A stretch of DNA of 64,000 bases from a virus (lineage: Duplodnaviria > Caudoviricetes), in the IMG/VR virus record IMGVR_UViG_3300048920_000114, positions 7,769 to 71,768 of that record; one strand, 5' to 3'. Positions 7,511-15,725 of the stretch are shown here, in pieces. Every line of letters starts with the position of its first letter. The first letter of the stretch is position 1. The notes under the pieces were generated by a model. That model was not told the DNA's origin, searched no databases, and was given only the letters and a program-made list of their open reading frames with translations. A program made the position numbers and the translations under genes.

Positions 7511-10500
7511 TCGTAGGCCTTGCCGAGCGTCTTCAGCTTCTTCGCCGCGTTCGCGATCGCGGCCTTGGCGTTGCCGCTCAAGATCCCGTTCAGGGCCTCG
7601 TAGTGTTCCTTGGCCTCCGGGCTGTTCAGCGACGCCTCGAAGTCGGCCGCCTCCTTCTTGGCCTGCTCCTCGGCAGCCTTCTGCGCGGTGGTCGCCTTGT
7701 TGGCCTGGTCGACGTAGTTCTTCGACACCTCGAAGTTCTTCTCGACGGTCTTGTGATGCGACTTCGCGAGCGCGGTCGTCTCGGTGGGCGACAGGATGTT
7801 CTTCGCGTTTTCGACGGTGCCGCCGACCTGGGCGACTGCCTTGATCTTCTCCTTCGCGACCGTCTCCGGGTTCTTCATCGCCTCCGCGCTGAAACCCTTG
7901 GTGTTCTGCTGGAACTTCTCGAACGCGGCCTTGATGGTCGCGACGTCGGGGCCTTTCGACTTCTCGACCACCGCGGCCATGCCCGGGTTGTCCTTCAGCG
8001 CCTGCTCGGCGACCTTGGTGGTGACCGACGGCTCGGCAGGCTTCGCCGCCATCGGCGCGGCGTACGCGTTCGGGAGCTTCAGGTCCTGCTGCTGCTTGGT
8101 CGCGGCGTTGAACAGCTTCTCCAGCTTCTTCTTCTCGCCTGCGTCCGTGGCCGCGCTGAACTCGTCGGACAGCTTGTTCTTCACGGTGGCGAGCGCCTGG
8201 AACAGATGGGCCTTCAGACCCGTGACGCCGGCAGCGCCCAGGCCGTTTGCCTCGGCGCCCTCGATCAGCTTCTTCAGCATGTTCCGGTAGTGGGTGCCGG
8301 ACTTCGCGGGCTGTCCGAGATAATAGGCCGCGGTCGCGTGATAGTCGGCCTTCTCGCCCTTGCCGGTGTCCTTCCAGAGCCCGCCGAACGCGGTGACCTT
8401 CTTCGCGGCCTTGCCGGCCTTCTCGCCGGCCGGGGCGCTGGACGAGCCCGAGCCGGTGCCGAACTTGCCGTCCGGAGCGCGCGGGTGGTCAGACTCGTTC
8501 CACGTCGCCTCGTCCTGCGCCTGCTTCTTCGAGACGTCGATGATCTTGGCCGGGACGGAGATCCCGAGCGCGGCGCCCGTGGCGAGCCGCGTCTGTCCGG
8601 CCATCAGGTGCAGCTTGCCGTCCTTCTTCAGGATGATCGGCGGCGCGGTCTTGCCTTCCTTCATCTCCTTGATGATTCGCGCGCTGTCCCGGCGATGGCT
8701 GAAGGTGTCGTGAATCCACTTCTCGTTCTGGCCGAGGCCCTGCGCGGCCATCGAGTTGCCGAGCTGCTTCAGCTCCTTCTCGCTCAACGGCTCGACCGGC
8801 GCGGCGTCGTACTTGGCCTGGAAGTCCTCGCGGGAGGCGAACGCGTCGGGGAAGCGCGGCTTCGAGTATTTCAGATACTCGGTGCCGTACTCCCAATCGA
8901 GCTCCTTCGGGGTGTAGTCCCGCATCTTCTCGGGCGGGTGCGACTTCAGCTTCCCGAGGTCCTTGCCGCCCTTGACGGTGGTCGCGGAAGATCCCGACGA
9001 GCCTGATCCGGACGTGAACTTGCCTCCGTCGCGCGGGTGCTTGCTCTCGTCGAACTCAGAGTCGCCGGAGACGAGAAAAGGGACCACGCCGTCCTGCGCC
9101 GGCGCGTCCTTCCCTGCAGGGGGGTTCTTCGGCTTCTTCTCGCCGGTCGCGGGGCTGTTCTCGCCTTCCCCGGCGTCGTCGTCACCCTCGTCGCCCGTGC
9201 CGTCGTCCACGCCCTCCGCTGGAGGATCTGGAACGTCCTCGACGTCGATCCCGGCGTAGCCCATGTCCGGATCGTCCGCGACGCGGCGCCGCTCCTCGAT
9301 CGGGTCGATGGTTCCGTTGCCGATCAGGATGTCGCCGGTCTCGGCCTCGAGCTTCTTGACCTCCGCGCGCTCCTTGTCGGACAGGGACCACAGCGGCTCG
9401 AACGAGAAGGTGATCTCGGGGTCGATCTCGTTCCAGAGCGAAAGCTGGATCATCTGGATGATCGTCGTCAGCGGGTCCCGGAAGATGTTCTCCTGAGAGG
9501 CGTGGACGAAGTCGTAGAAGATCCGGACCTCGGCCTCGGACGACGCGTTCAGGCCCTTCGGCTGCAAGCCGAGGAGGATGGCCACCGGGATCGACGACAC
9601 CGACGCCATCTGCTCCTGAGCCTGGGCTTGCAGGGCGTCGAGCGTGCCCAGCGGGGTCGAGATGTTGAAGAACTCCTCGGTCTCCTTGTCGAGCGCCATC
9701 GAGCCGCTGTTCGTGCGGATCAGGTTGAACAGCTCCAGGCGGTCGAGGACGCTGTCGTCGCCTTCTCCGTCGCCGGCCTGAAGCACCGAGGCCATGTTCG
9801 TGTAGATGCCGCTGACCGAGAACGACTCGATCAGGTCGCAGACCGCCTGACGCGTGCGCAGCCAGTTGTCGACGTAGGGCTTCGCCATCTGCGACATCGC
9901 GAGGCCGCCGAACGCGTACGCGGGCTTCAGGATGTCGGGGACCTCGCGGCCGACCAGCGTCAGGAAGCGCGAGGCGTGGACGGGCGTCGCCATGACGTAC
10001 CACGTCGCGGGCTTGTACCAGTCGGCGCGCAGCGGGTCGGTCGAGTTGTAGTCCTGGGGGTAGGCCCACATCGGCTCGACGTTGCGGATGGCCTTCAGCG
10101 GGGTCTTCTTGCTGACCTTGCCCTTGCTGTTGTGGCCGCTGCCGATCGGCGTGCGCAGCTCGGTCGTCTCTGTGTCGACGCCGATGGCGCCCACGTCGAG
10201 GAAGATGTGGCCGCGCCCGAAGGCGTTGTCGTGCTCGGCCGCGACCCGGAAGACGTCGCGGACCTTCAGGTCCGTCATCCGCTTCTGGATGTCCTTGATC
10301 TTCGCGCCCTTCTCCTCGGAACGCTTCTTCTTCTCCGCGTCGTCCAACTCGCCATCGACGTCGCTGGTCACTTCGAGCTTGATCCACTTGCGGGTCATCT
10401 CGGTCGCGACTTTTTCGATGATCTTGCGGTACTCGGGCCGCTGCGTCAGCTCGGCCAGGTACGGGTAGCCGAGGAACGTCGTCCCCTCGGCGAACTGGAT

Positions 10501-10839
10501 TCCGTTGCCCCACGCCCAAGTGTTGACCGCGCTGACCGTGGACGTGCCGACCGGCATCTCGTCCATGGCGAGGGTCGCGGCGCCTTTCGGCAGCACGCCG
10601 GGCGCGGGCTTGAACGCCTGGAAGATGTTGGGCTTCGCCGCGATCGCGTTCCTGTTCTTGCGCTCGATCTTGCGGTGCGCGCTCTCCAGGGCTCGCCGGC
10701 TGACCTTCATGCGGCCCCTCGGCTTCGGCTGCTCCTCGGCCTGCGCCGGCTGCTCGGCGCCGTCGAGGTACTGCGTGATCCCCTTCAGGATCTCCTTGGT
10801 CGGGTCCGACGAGGGACGCTTGGTGCGGTTCACCGTCAT
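7072..10839 (-). CDS. DUF1073-family portal protein fused to a ParB/Srx-like domain and a C-terminal ADP-ribosyltransferase
   Basis: Portal core FLGYPYLAELTQRPEYRKI...IPVAILLGLQPKGLNASSEAE...FEPLW directly follows terL. The C-terminus has the VIP2-like R-S-E triad TRRG / FTSTS / EAEVLF. Confidence 0.92.
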   Translation of the reverse strand: MTVNRTKRPSSDPTKEILKGITQYLDGAEQPAQAEEQPKPRGRMKVSRRALESAHRKIERKNRNAIAAKPNIFQAFKPAPGVLPKGAATLAMDEMPVGTSTVSAVNTWAWGNGIQFAEGTTFLGYPYLAELTQRPEYRKIIEKVATEMTRKWIKLEVTSDVDGELDDAEKKKRSEEKGAKIKDIQKRMTDLKVRDVFRVAAEHDNAFGRGHIFLDVGAIGVDTETTELRTPIGSGHNSKGKVSKKTPLKAIRNVEPMWAYPQDYNSTDPLRADWYKPATWYVMATPVHASRFLTLVGREVPDILKPAYAFGGLAMSQMAKPYVDNWLRTRQAVCDLIESFSVSGIYTNMASVLQAGDGEGDDSVLDRLELFNLIRTNSGSMALDKETEEFFNISTPLGTLDALQAQAQEQMASVSSIPVAILLGLQPKGLNASSEAEVRIFYDFVHASQENIFRDPLTTIIQMIQLSLWNEIDPEITFSFEPLWSLSDKERAEVKKLEAETGDILIGNGTIDPIEERRRVADDPDMGYAGIDVEDVPDPPAEGVDDGTGDEGDDDAGEGENSPATGEKKPKNPPAGKDAPAQDGVVPFLVSGDSEFDESKHPRDGGKFTSGSGSSGSSATTVKGGKDLGKLKSHPPEKMRDYTPKELDWEYGTEYLKYSKPRFPDAFASREDFQAKYDAAPVEPLSEKELKQLGNSMAAQGLGQNEKWIHDTFSHRRDSARIIKEMKEGKTAPPIILKKDGKLHLMAGQTRLATGAALGISVPAKIIDVSKKQAQDEATWNESDHPRAPDGKFGTGSGSSSAPAGEKAGKAAKKVTAFGGLWKDTGKGEKADYHATAAYYLGQPAKSGTHYRNMLKKLIEGAEANGLGAAGVTGLKAHLFQALATVKNKLSDEFSAATDAGEKKKLEKLFNAATKQQQDLKLPNAYAAPMAAKPAEPSVTTKVAEQALKDNPGMAAVVEKSKGPDVATIKAAFEKFQQNTKGFSAEAMKNPETVAKEKIKAVAQVGGTVENAKNILSPTETTALAKSHHKTVEKNFEVSKNYVDQANKATTAQKAAEEQAKKEAADFEASLNSPEAKEHYEALNGILSGNAKAAIANAAKKLKTLGKAYEKMTPGDAAQVMAYSGSYYREVNNQLRAGIMTEEQYKFAASLNKALDTMPTYEGTTRRGATLSKEQVAMYKPGMIIEERGFTSTSTASGFGGNTRFEVKGKTGRDISKLSHYPGEAEVLFKAGTRFKVISNVDNKITLEEVNFGKL
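8440..8520 (-). repeat. Cargo-leader peptide repeat, copy 2
   Basis: AQD-EATWNESDHPRAPDGKFGTGSGS. Confidence 0.8.
9001..9099 (-). repeat. Cargo-leader peptide repeat, copy 1
   Basis: AQD-GVVPFLVSGD-SEFDESKHPRDGGKFTSGSG. Confidence 0.8.
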
Positions 10840-12173
10840 GGCAGGCGCCGTGAGCGAGCCATGCCGCGGGCTCGTTCGAGGGCGGATTTGTTGACCTTCA
10901 TCGGGAGCCTCGCGTGGGTCTTGTGCATGACGGCGAGGGCCAGCGACATGACGCAGTCGTCGTGGAACCCTTCCGGCGCGGAATATCGCACGCCTGTCCG
11001 CGTGTATTCAAACTCAAACTGATCGAGTTCCTGCTTGATGACGCCGTCCGGGAAGGCGACCTGACCGTTCTGGATGGCGACGGCGAGGCCCTCCATCAGC
11101 TTCTGCTTCGACGCCGGGGTGAAGGTGTAGCCCTCGTAGCGCGAGCCCGGGTCCTTCTGCAGACTCTCGGTGATGGCGTCGCCGACGCCCGTGTCGTCGA
11201 CCAGAGCGGGCTTCTTGCGCACGATGGAGTGGATGTTCGTGGTGATCGATTCCCACGTCGGGCCGCCGCCGCCCCATCGCCCGAATCGACAGACGCGCCC
11301 GTGGACGTCGAGGCCGGTGACGACCGTGTAGTCCTGCTTGCGCGCGAGGTCGACGCCGAAGACGACGGGTTCCGACTGGACGACGGCGGGGATGACGCAC
11401 TTCGCGATGTGGTGCAGGCCGAACGGGTTTCCGCCGTCGTCGCTCGGCTCGGCCAGGTAAAGCTCGCGGAACACTTGCTCGGGGAGGACCGACTTCGCGT
11501 CGTCGATCTCCTCCTGGTCGAGGACGCCCGCGGCCACGGCGTCGAGCGCGGTGATCTTGTGGTAGCCGATCTGCGGGTCGTTCTTCGCCTCGCCCTTGCG
11601 GGCCATCGTGTAGAACCAGTTCCGCCGACCCTTCACGTTGCCGATCAGGCGGATCTGTCCGCGCGTGGCGGTCAGGGTCGAGCGCACGGCGTACCAGGCG
11701 GCCTCCTTGACGCGGGAGGCTTCATCGATGACGGCGGCGTAGACGTCCTCGCCGTACAGGCTGTCGGGCTTGTCGGCGGACTTGAACCACATGACCGCGC
11801 CGTTGATCAGCGTGATCGTCTTCAGCGTGATGTTGGCGACGCCGATGTCCGGGGGAAGGGCGCGCAGGCAGCGGCGGAAGGCGATGTCGGCCTGTCCGGA
11901 GACAGGCGCCACCCACCAGAAGTTATGGCCCTCCTTGCCGTGCAGCGCCTTCTCGGTGAACCAGACGATGCAGCCCGAGGTCTTGCCGGCCTTCGTCGAG
12001 GCCTCGATGCAGCTGTACCGGCGCGGGTCGTAGATCGCCTGGAACTGCTTCTCGTAGAGGAACGGTCGCTCGAACTCGAGGAGATACTCCTCGATGTCGA
12101 TGGTCGCGCCCGTGGAGCCGGGCGGAAGCTCGAACTCGTCTTCCGGATCGAGCAGTTCCGCCTCGGCAAGCAT
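10836..12173 (-). CDS. terL: Terminase large subunit
   Basis: Walker A EASTKAGKT, Walker B AAVIDEA, GNVKG coupling motif, nuclease FGVDLARKQD and HDDCVMSLALA. Confidence 0.93.
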   Translation of the reverse strand: MLAEAELLDPEDEFELPPGSTGATIDIEEYLLEFERPFLYEKQFQAIYDPRRYSCIEASTKAGKTSGCIVWFTEKALHGKEGHNFWWVAPVSGQADIAFRRCLRALPPDIGVANITLKTITLINGAVMWFKSADKPDSLYGEDVYAAVIDEASRVKEAAWYAVRSTLTATRGQIRLIGNVKGRRNWFYTMARKGEAKNDPQIGYHKITALDAVAAGVLDQEEIDDAKSVLPEQVFRELYLAEPSDDGGNPFGLHHIAKCVIPAVVQSEPVVFGVDLARKQDYTVVTGLDVHGRVCRFGRWGGGGPTWESITTNIHSIVRKKPALVDDTGVGDAITESLQKDPGSRYEGYTFTPASKQKLMEGLAVAIQNGQVAFPDGVIKQELDQFEFEYTRTGVRYSAPEGFHDDCVMSLALAVMHKTHARLPMKVNKSALERARGMARSRRLP

Positions 12174-12174
12174 G

Positions 12175-12570
12175 TCAGCCCTTCACGTCGTCCAGGGCTT
12201 CCCAGGCTGCTTGGCTCATGACGAACGGGTCGTCGGCGGGCTCGTCGGTGTTCCGAACCATGCACCACCCGCTCGTCATCCCCATCAGGAGCAGGACGTC
12301 GCCGTTCTCCTCGTGCTTGCGCGTCGGGATGTTGCGCCACTCCAGCGTCGGCGCGACAGGCGGCAGGCCGTCCATCTCTGCGGCCATCTGGAGCAGCTGG
12401 ACGCCGCGCGAGGCCGTTCCGCCCGTCACTGTCGTCGAGGGGGTGTCGATGCGATCGATCGTCATATCCATCCCGGAACCATCCGCCTTCGGCGTCCACG
12501 TGACGTCGGCGGTCACCCCGTTGACCTCGGGGATTTCTTTGCCTCGCTCGTACCGTGCGATCTCCGTCAT
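12175..12570 (-). CDS. Hypothetical protein between terS and terL
   Basis: Coupled to both neighbours, with phage-like codon use. Confidence 0.65.
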   Translation of the reverse strand: MTEIARYERGKEIPEVNGVTADVTWTPKADGSGMDMTIDRIDTPSTTVTGGTASRGVQLLQMAAEMDGLPPVAPTLEWRNIPTRKHEENGDVLLLMGMTSGWCMVRNTDEPADDPFVMSQAAWEALDDVKG

Positions 12571-13037
12571 TTCTTCGTCCTCTTTTTCACGACCTTGCCC
12601 TCGATCTGCTTGGCGTCGTCCGACACCTGCTGCGGCCGCTCGTTGTCGAACACCAGCAGGGTGAACTTGCGCTTCAGGTTCTTCGGGTTGGTCTGGTTAG
12701 GAGCGGCCGGCGCGAGGATAGCTCGGAACGTCGCGCTCTGATACGGCGCCAGCTCGCCCGCGACCTTGATGGTCAGCCGCGCGTACTTCTCGAACTTGTT
12801 CTCGTCAGGGTGACGGCCAGGCTGCACGGTTCCGTCCGGCATCGGCTGGTAGTAGGCGGCCATGCCGGCGAACAGCCCCATGAAGTCGTCCAGCACGTCC
12901 ACCGCCAGCTTGCGCCCGCTCGCTGACGCGGCGGCCAGCACACGCTCCGCAGCCTCGCCCTTGATGATCGTCTCGTTCAGCGGCTTGCCGCCCTTGGCGT
13001 TGCCGCGACGCTCGCCGGGCTTGGAACCTGCTGGCAT
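12567..13037 (-). CDS. terS: Terminase small subunit (probable)
   Basis: N-terminus MPAGSKPGERRGNAKGGKPLN, typical of Gly/Lys-rich TerS; first gene of the late operon. Confidence 0.65.
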   Translation of the reverse strand: MPAGSKPGERRGNAKGGKPLNETIIKGEAAERVLAAASASGRKLAVDVLDDFMGLFAGMAAYYQPMPDGTVQPGRHPDENKFEKYARLTIKVAGELAPYQSATFRAILAPAAPNQTNPKNLKRKFTLLVFDNERPQQVSDDAKQIEGKVVKKRTKK

Positions 13038-13406
13038 CAGGTCCCCCGGAAAATCTGAGCGAGTGCAAATGTAGGGCGAACAGCGCGGTCAGGCATTGGA
13101 ACCCCGGAATGTTTTCCGAACCGTGAAATCGTGTTTGCTGAACTCTGGATGGTTGATCCAGATCCAGCCGTAGAGGCTCCGGGCGAGGATCAGAGGTTCG
13201 GGAACGGGTCGTCCCAGGTTGAAGCGCGCCTTTACGCGGCGCTTCGACGGGAACTTGCGACGAGACATTGTGGAGATCCTCCGGGGGAACGGCCTCGTCT
13301 GTCCTACGCGCGGCGCTTCGCGCGCACAAGGGGAGGGGGCTTCGCCCCTTCGAGATCTAGAGGAGAGGGTTAGGCTTGCCGCCTACAGGGCATCTGCGCA
13401 CGGTCG

Positions 13407-13479
13407 TCAAATGGACGCAACGAGATAGGCGTGCGCGGTCAGTCGGTTACGGGCTGAAATCAAATGGGCGCAAACAGAT
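13407..13479. repeat. Imperfect 20-bp direct repeat upstream of terS
   Basis: TCAAATGGACGCAACGAGAT (13407) vs TCAAATGGGCGCAAACAGAT (13460), 17/20 identical. Confidence 0.6.
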
Positions 13480-13517
13480 CGCCAAAATCGAAGCGTTTTT
13501 TTCAGGTTTGTTGCAGG

Positions 13518-13805
13518 TCAGCGCCTGACGACGCGCGAAGCGACCATCCGGGCCAGCGCGCCGGTGACGCCGTCGTCCTTGAAAACGGGGAGGCGGCCTG
13601 TCTCGCTCACGATGGCGTCCGCGCCTGGATAGTCGAGGAGATCCGCCGCGGTCATCAGCGCCGCGGCCACGATGCAGACCTTCATCTTCTCGCCGTCGAT
13701 CGGCCCCAGGCGCTGGGCGACCTCGGCCAGGACCAGTTCGGCGATCGCTTGAACGTCGTCGCGGAAGACGGCGACCTCGTAGTTTAGGGGTTCGTTAACC
13801 GGCAT
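13518..13805 (-). CDS. Hypothetical protein
   Basis: ORF track; phage-like codon use. Confidence 0.6.
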   Translation of the reverse strand: MPVNEPLNYEVAVFRDDVQAIAELVLAEVAQRLGPIDGEKMKVCIVAAALMTAADLLDYPGADAIVSETGRLPVFKDDGVTGALARMVASRVVRR

Positions 13806-13929
13806 CGCGCATCCTGACTTCCGTTCCTGTCCCCTGACCTAGACCACCTGAACGGAAGTAGCCATGACCCGACCGACCTGCGCCTGCGGCGCCATTCGCC
13901 TACCCTGTCTTTGCTGTCACTCCGGCTGT

Positions 13930-14142
13930 CTATGCCGGGACCATTCCCTTCGCACGAGCGAGCAGTTCGAGGGACGAGCGCGCGACCTTCTCGCTGGAGA
14001 CGGGCTTGGCCACCGGCTGACCGTCGACGAACATCAGCCATCGGCTCCCGTTCTCTCCGTCCTGCCGCGCGTAGAGCTCGACGCCGTCCATGTTCAGGTA
14101 CGCACCCCTGACCTGTCCGTGGGTAACCTGCCACTCGCCCAT
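13930..14142 (-). CDS. Hypothetical protein
   Basis: MGEWQVTHGQVRGAYLN..., divergent from the 14263 operon. Confidence 0.5.
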   Translation of the reverse strand: MGEWQVTHGQVRGAYLNMDGVELYARQDGENGSRWLMFVDGQPVAKPVSSEKVARSSLELLARAKGMVPA

Positions 14143-14194
14143 AGGGGGTACTCCCAAAAATAAATCGAAAAAACTGCGCAGCGGGCATGGACAC

Positions 14195-14239
14195 CCTATT
14201 CGAAGCATAGCATCAAATCACCTATACGCTGAGTTGATC
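14195..14239 (+). promoter_or_regulatory. Operator-like motif upstream of the plus-strand accessory operon
   Basis: CCTATACG-CTG-AGTTGATC at 14221-14239 and a half-site CCTATTCG at 14195. Confidence 0.5.
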
Positions 14240-14262
14240 CACACAGACACCGGAGAGCGACC

Positions 14263-14670
14263 ATGAACCTTCCTGAATACCGCAAGATCGTCGACGCGCT
14301 GAACGCAGACCTCGCCGCCACATTCGCGAAGCATGGCCTCAAGATGGGCAAGCTGAACGCGGCGGTCGACTCGCTGTCGGGCACCATCCGCTACACGATC
14401 GTCGCGGCCGACGCCGCCCTGAAGGACAAGGACGGCAACGCTGCCACCCCCGAAGCCCTTCGCTACACGAACTACGCTCAGATGATGGGCATGAAGCCTG
14501 AGTGGCTGAACCAGACCTTCCGGGCGGGCAACAACGAATACACCCTTCGCGGGCTGAAGGACGGTCGCGCGACGAAGTCCATCATCGTTGAGCGCGGCGG
14601 GAAGATGTACGTCATGACGCCCTTCGACGTCACCGCCGCCTTCAACCTCAAGGCCATCCGCGCAGCATAA
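14263..14670 (+). CDS. Hypothetical protein
   Basis: RBS ggagag; first gene of the operon. Confidence 0.75.
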   Translation: MNLPEYRKIVDALNADLAATFAKHGLKMGKLNAAVDSLSGTIRYTIVAADAALKDKDGNAATPEALRYTNYAQMMGMKPEWLNQTFRAGNNEYTLRGLKDGRATKSIIVERGGKMYVMTPFDVTAAFNLKAIRAA

Positions 14671-14690
14671 AACCGAGAGGGAGCGTCGTC

Positions 14691-14831
14691 GTGCCGTTCA
14701 TCACCACCCAACCCAAACCGTTCCACCCCGTCCGCACGTTCTTCTTCCACGCCCTGATGTGGACTGTCGCCTTCCTCGGCGCCGGCGCCATCGGGATCAT
14801 CGGCTTCGCCTCCTACGTCGGCCTGATCTGA
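14691..14831 (+). CDS. Small membrane protein (46 aa)
   Basis: Manual translation MPFITTQPKPFHPVRTFFFHALMWTVAFLGAGAIGIIGFASYVGLI; RBS gagaggga. Confidence 0.55.
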   Translation: MPFITTQPKPFHPVRTFFFHALMWTVAFLGAGAIGIIGFASYVGLI

Positions 14832-14842
14832 GGAACCGCACA

Positions 14843-15343
14843 ATGTCAGACGCAGCATTCAAGGGCGCGCCCTACGGCGCCTACACCACGGACGAGCTCA
14901 AGGCCTTCATCGAGAAGAACCCGCAGCTCCCGGAGACAGCGAACAAGATGCGGGCAGAGCTGTTTCGCCGCGAGAAGGTCGCTGCCGGCGACGTCCAGGT
15001 CATGACCGATGGCGAGCGCCTGCGCTACGCTCGCGAGATGGAGGCCTTCGCGGCCAAAGGCGAGAAGATGCTGAAGGCGATCGCCGGCGTCATCACCGCG
15101 TGGGATCAATGGGCGGAAAGCAACGAGAAGGCTTCGCACGAACGCCTTCAGGCCGCGCTTCAGGTCATGGCCGAGTCGATGTACGCCGGGATGCCGATGG
15201 ACATGGTTCTAGAGGTCAGCATCGCCTACCTGATCATGCGCGACGGCGCGCCCGTCCCCTACGGGATCATCCCCGACATCAGCTTCGACGAGGCCCTGAT
15301 CCCGCTGCGCGCGATGACGCCTCCGAACCAGAGGACCGTCTGA
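14843..15343 (+). CDS. Hypothetical protein
   Basis: MSDAAFKGAPYG..., RBS gagga. Confidence 0.65.
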   Translation: MSDAAFKGAPYGAYTTDELKAFIEKNPQLPETANKMRAELFRREKVAAGDVQVMTDGERLRYAREMEAFAAKGEKMLKAIAGVITAWDQWAESNEKASHERLQAALQVMAESMYAGMPMDMVLEVSIAYLIMRDGAPVPYGIIPDISFDEALIPLRAMTPPNQRTV

Positions 15344-15438
15344 TGCGCGGCCTGATCCAGTTCCTGAAAAGCGACGAAGCCATGTCGTACGGCCTGATGT
15401 TCGCGAGCGTGTTCTTCATCGCGTCGGTGCTGCTGTGA
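15343..15438 (+). CDS. Small membrane peptide (31 aa)
   Basis: MRGLIQFLKSDEAMSYGLMFASVFFIASVLL, TGATG-coupled. Confidence 0.5.
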   Translation: MRGLIQFLKSDEAMSYGLMFASVFFIASVLL

Positions 15439-15725
15439 GTTGCTCTACCGCCTTCCCGCGATTCGACCTGTCGACGCTTCCGGAGATCCCCGAAGGGTTC
15501 GTCGACTCGTCGTGGCATGACGACGTTTGCCCTTCGTACATGAGCGAGGATCTCGGGCTTCAGATCTTCATCGACTACGTCGACGTCCAGGACCGCGAAT
15601 ATCCGAGGACGGCTCGCTTCAGCGTCTGCGACCTCGACCTCATGGCCGAGGGAAGGACTGAACTGAACAGCGACGACTGGAGCGAGATCCTCGCCTTCGT
15701 CGACACCCGGAGAAAATCATCATGA
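15435..15725 (+). CDS. Hypothetical protein
   Basis: GFVDSSWHDDVCPSY motif seen in small phage proteins; coupled. Confidence 0.65.
   Translation: MSCSTAFPRFDLSTLPEIPEGFVDSSWHDDVCPSYMSEDLGLQIFIDYVDVQDREYPRTARFSVCDLDLMAEGRTELNSDDWSEILAFVDTRRKSS

Noticed and set aside
9260-10600. Anti-CBASS Acb1 call for the DUF1073 portal
   Set aside because: Automated tools may attach this name to DUF1073 portals, but no paired HxT/HxS 2H-phosphoesterase motifs are seen; the cargo here is ParB-like plus ART.
6943-11022. Very long plus-strand ORFs (6943-9006, 9037-11022) and similar ones at 18137, 23696, 29981, 32166 and 41405
   Set aside because: They are antisense or off-frame shadows of real genes, expected in high-GC DNA, and have no RBS or recognisable motifs.
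13107-13121. Alphaproteobacterial LexA box (GAAT-N7-GAAC)
   Set aside because: It has one mismatch in an 8-bp consensus, is a single copy, and is expected by chance.
1765-13206. GTTC-NN-GAAC palindrome at 1765, 2003 and 13195
   Set aside because: It is only a 10-bp motif and also occurs in coding DNA (about 47620); significance cannot be shown without a count.
13040-14260. Integrase or attP site
   Set aside because: No tyrosine (R-H-R-H-Y) or serine recombinase motifs were found in any ORF, and no tRNA-like att core was seen.
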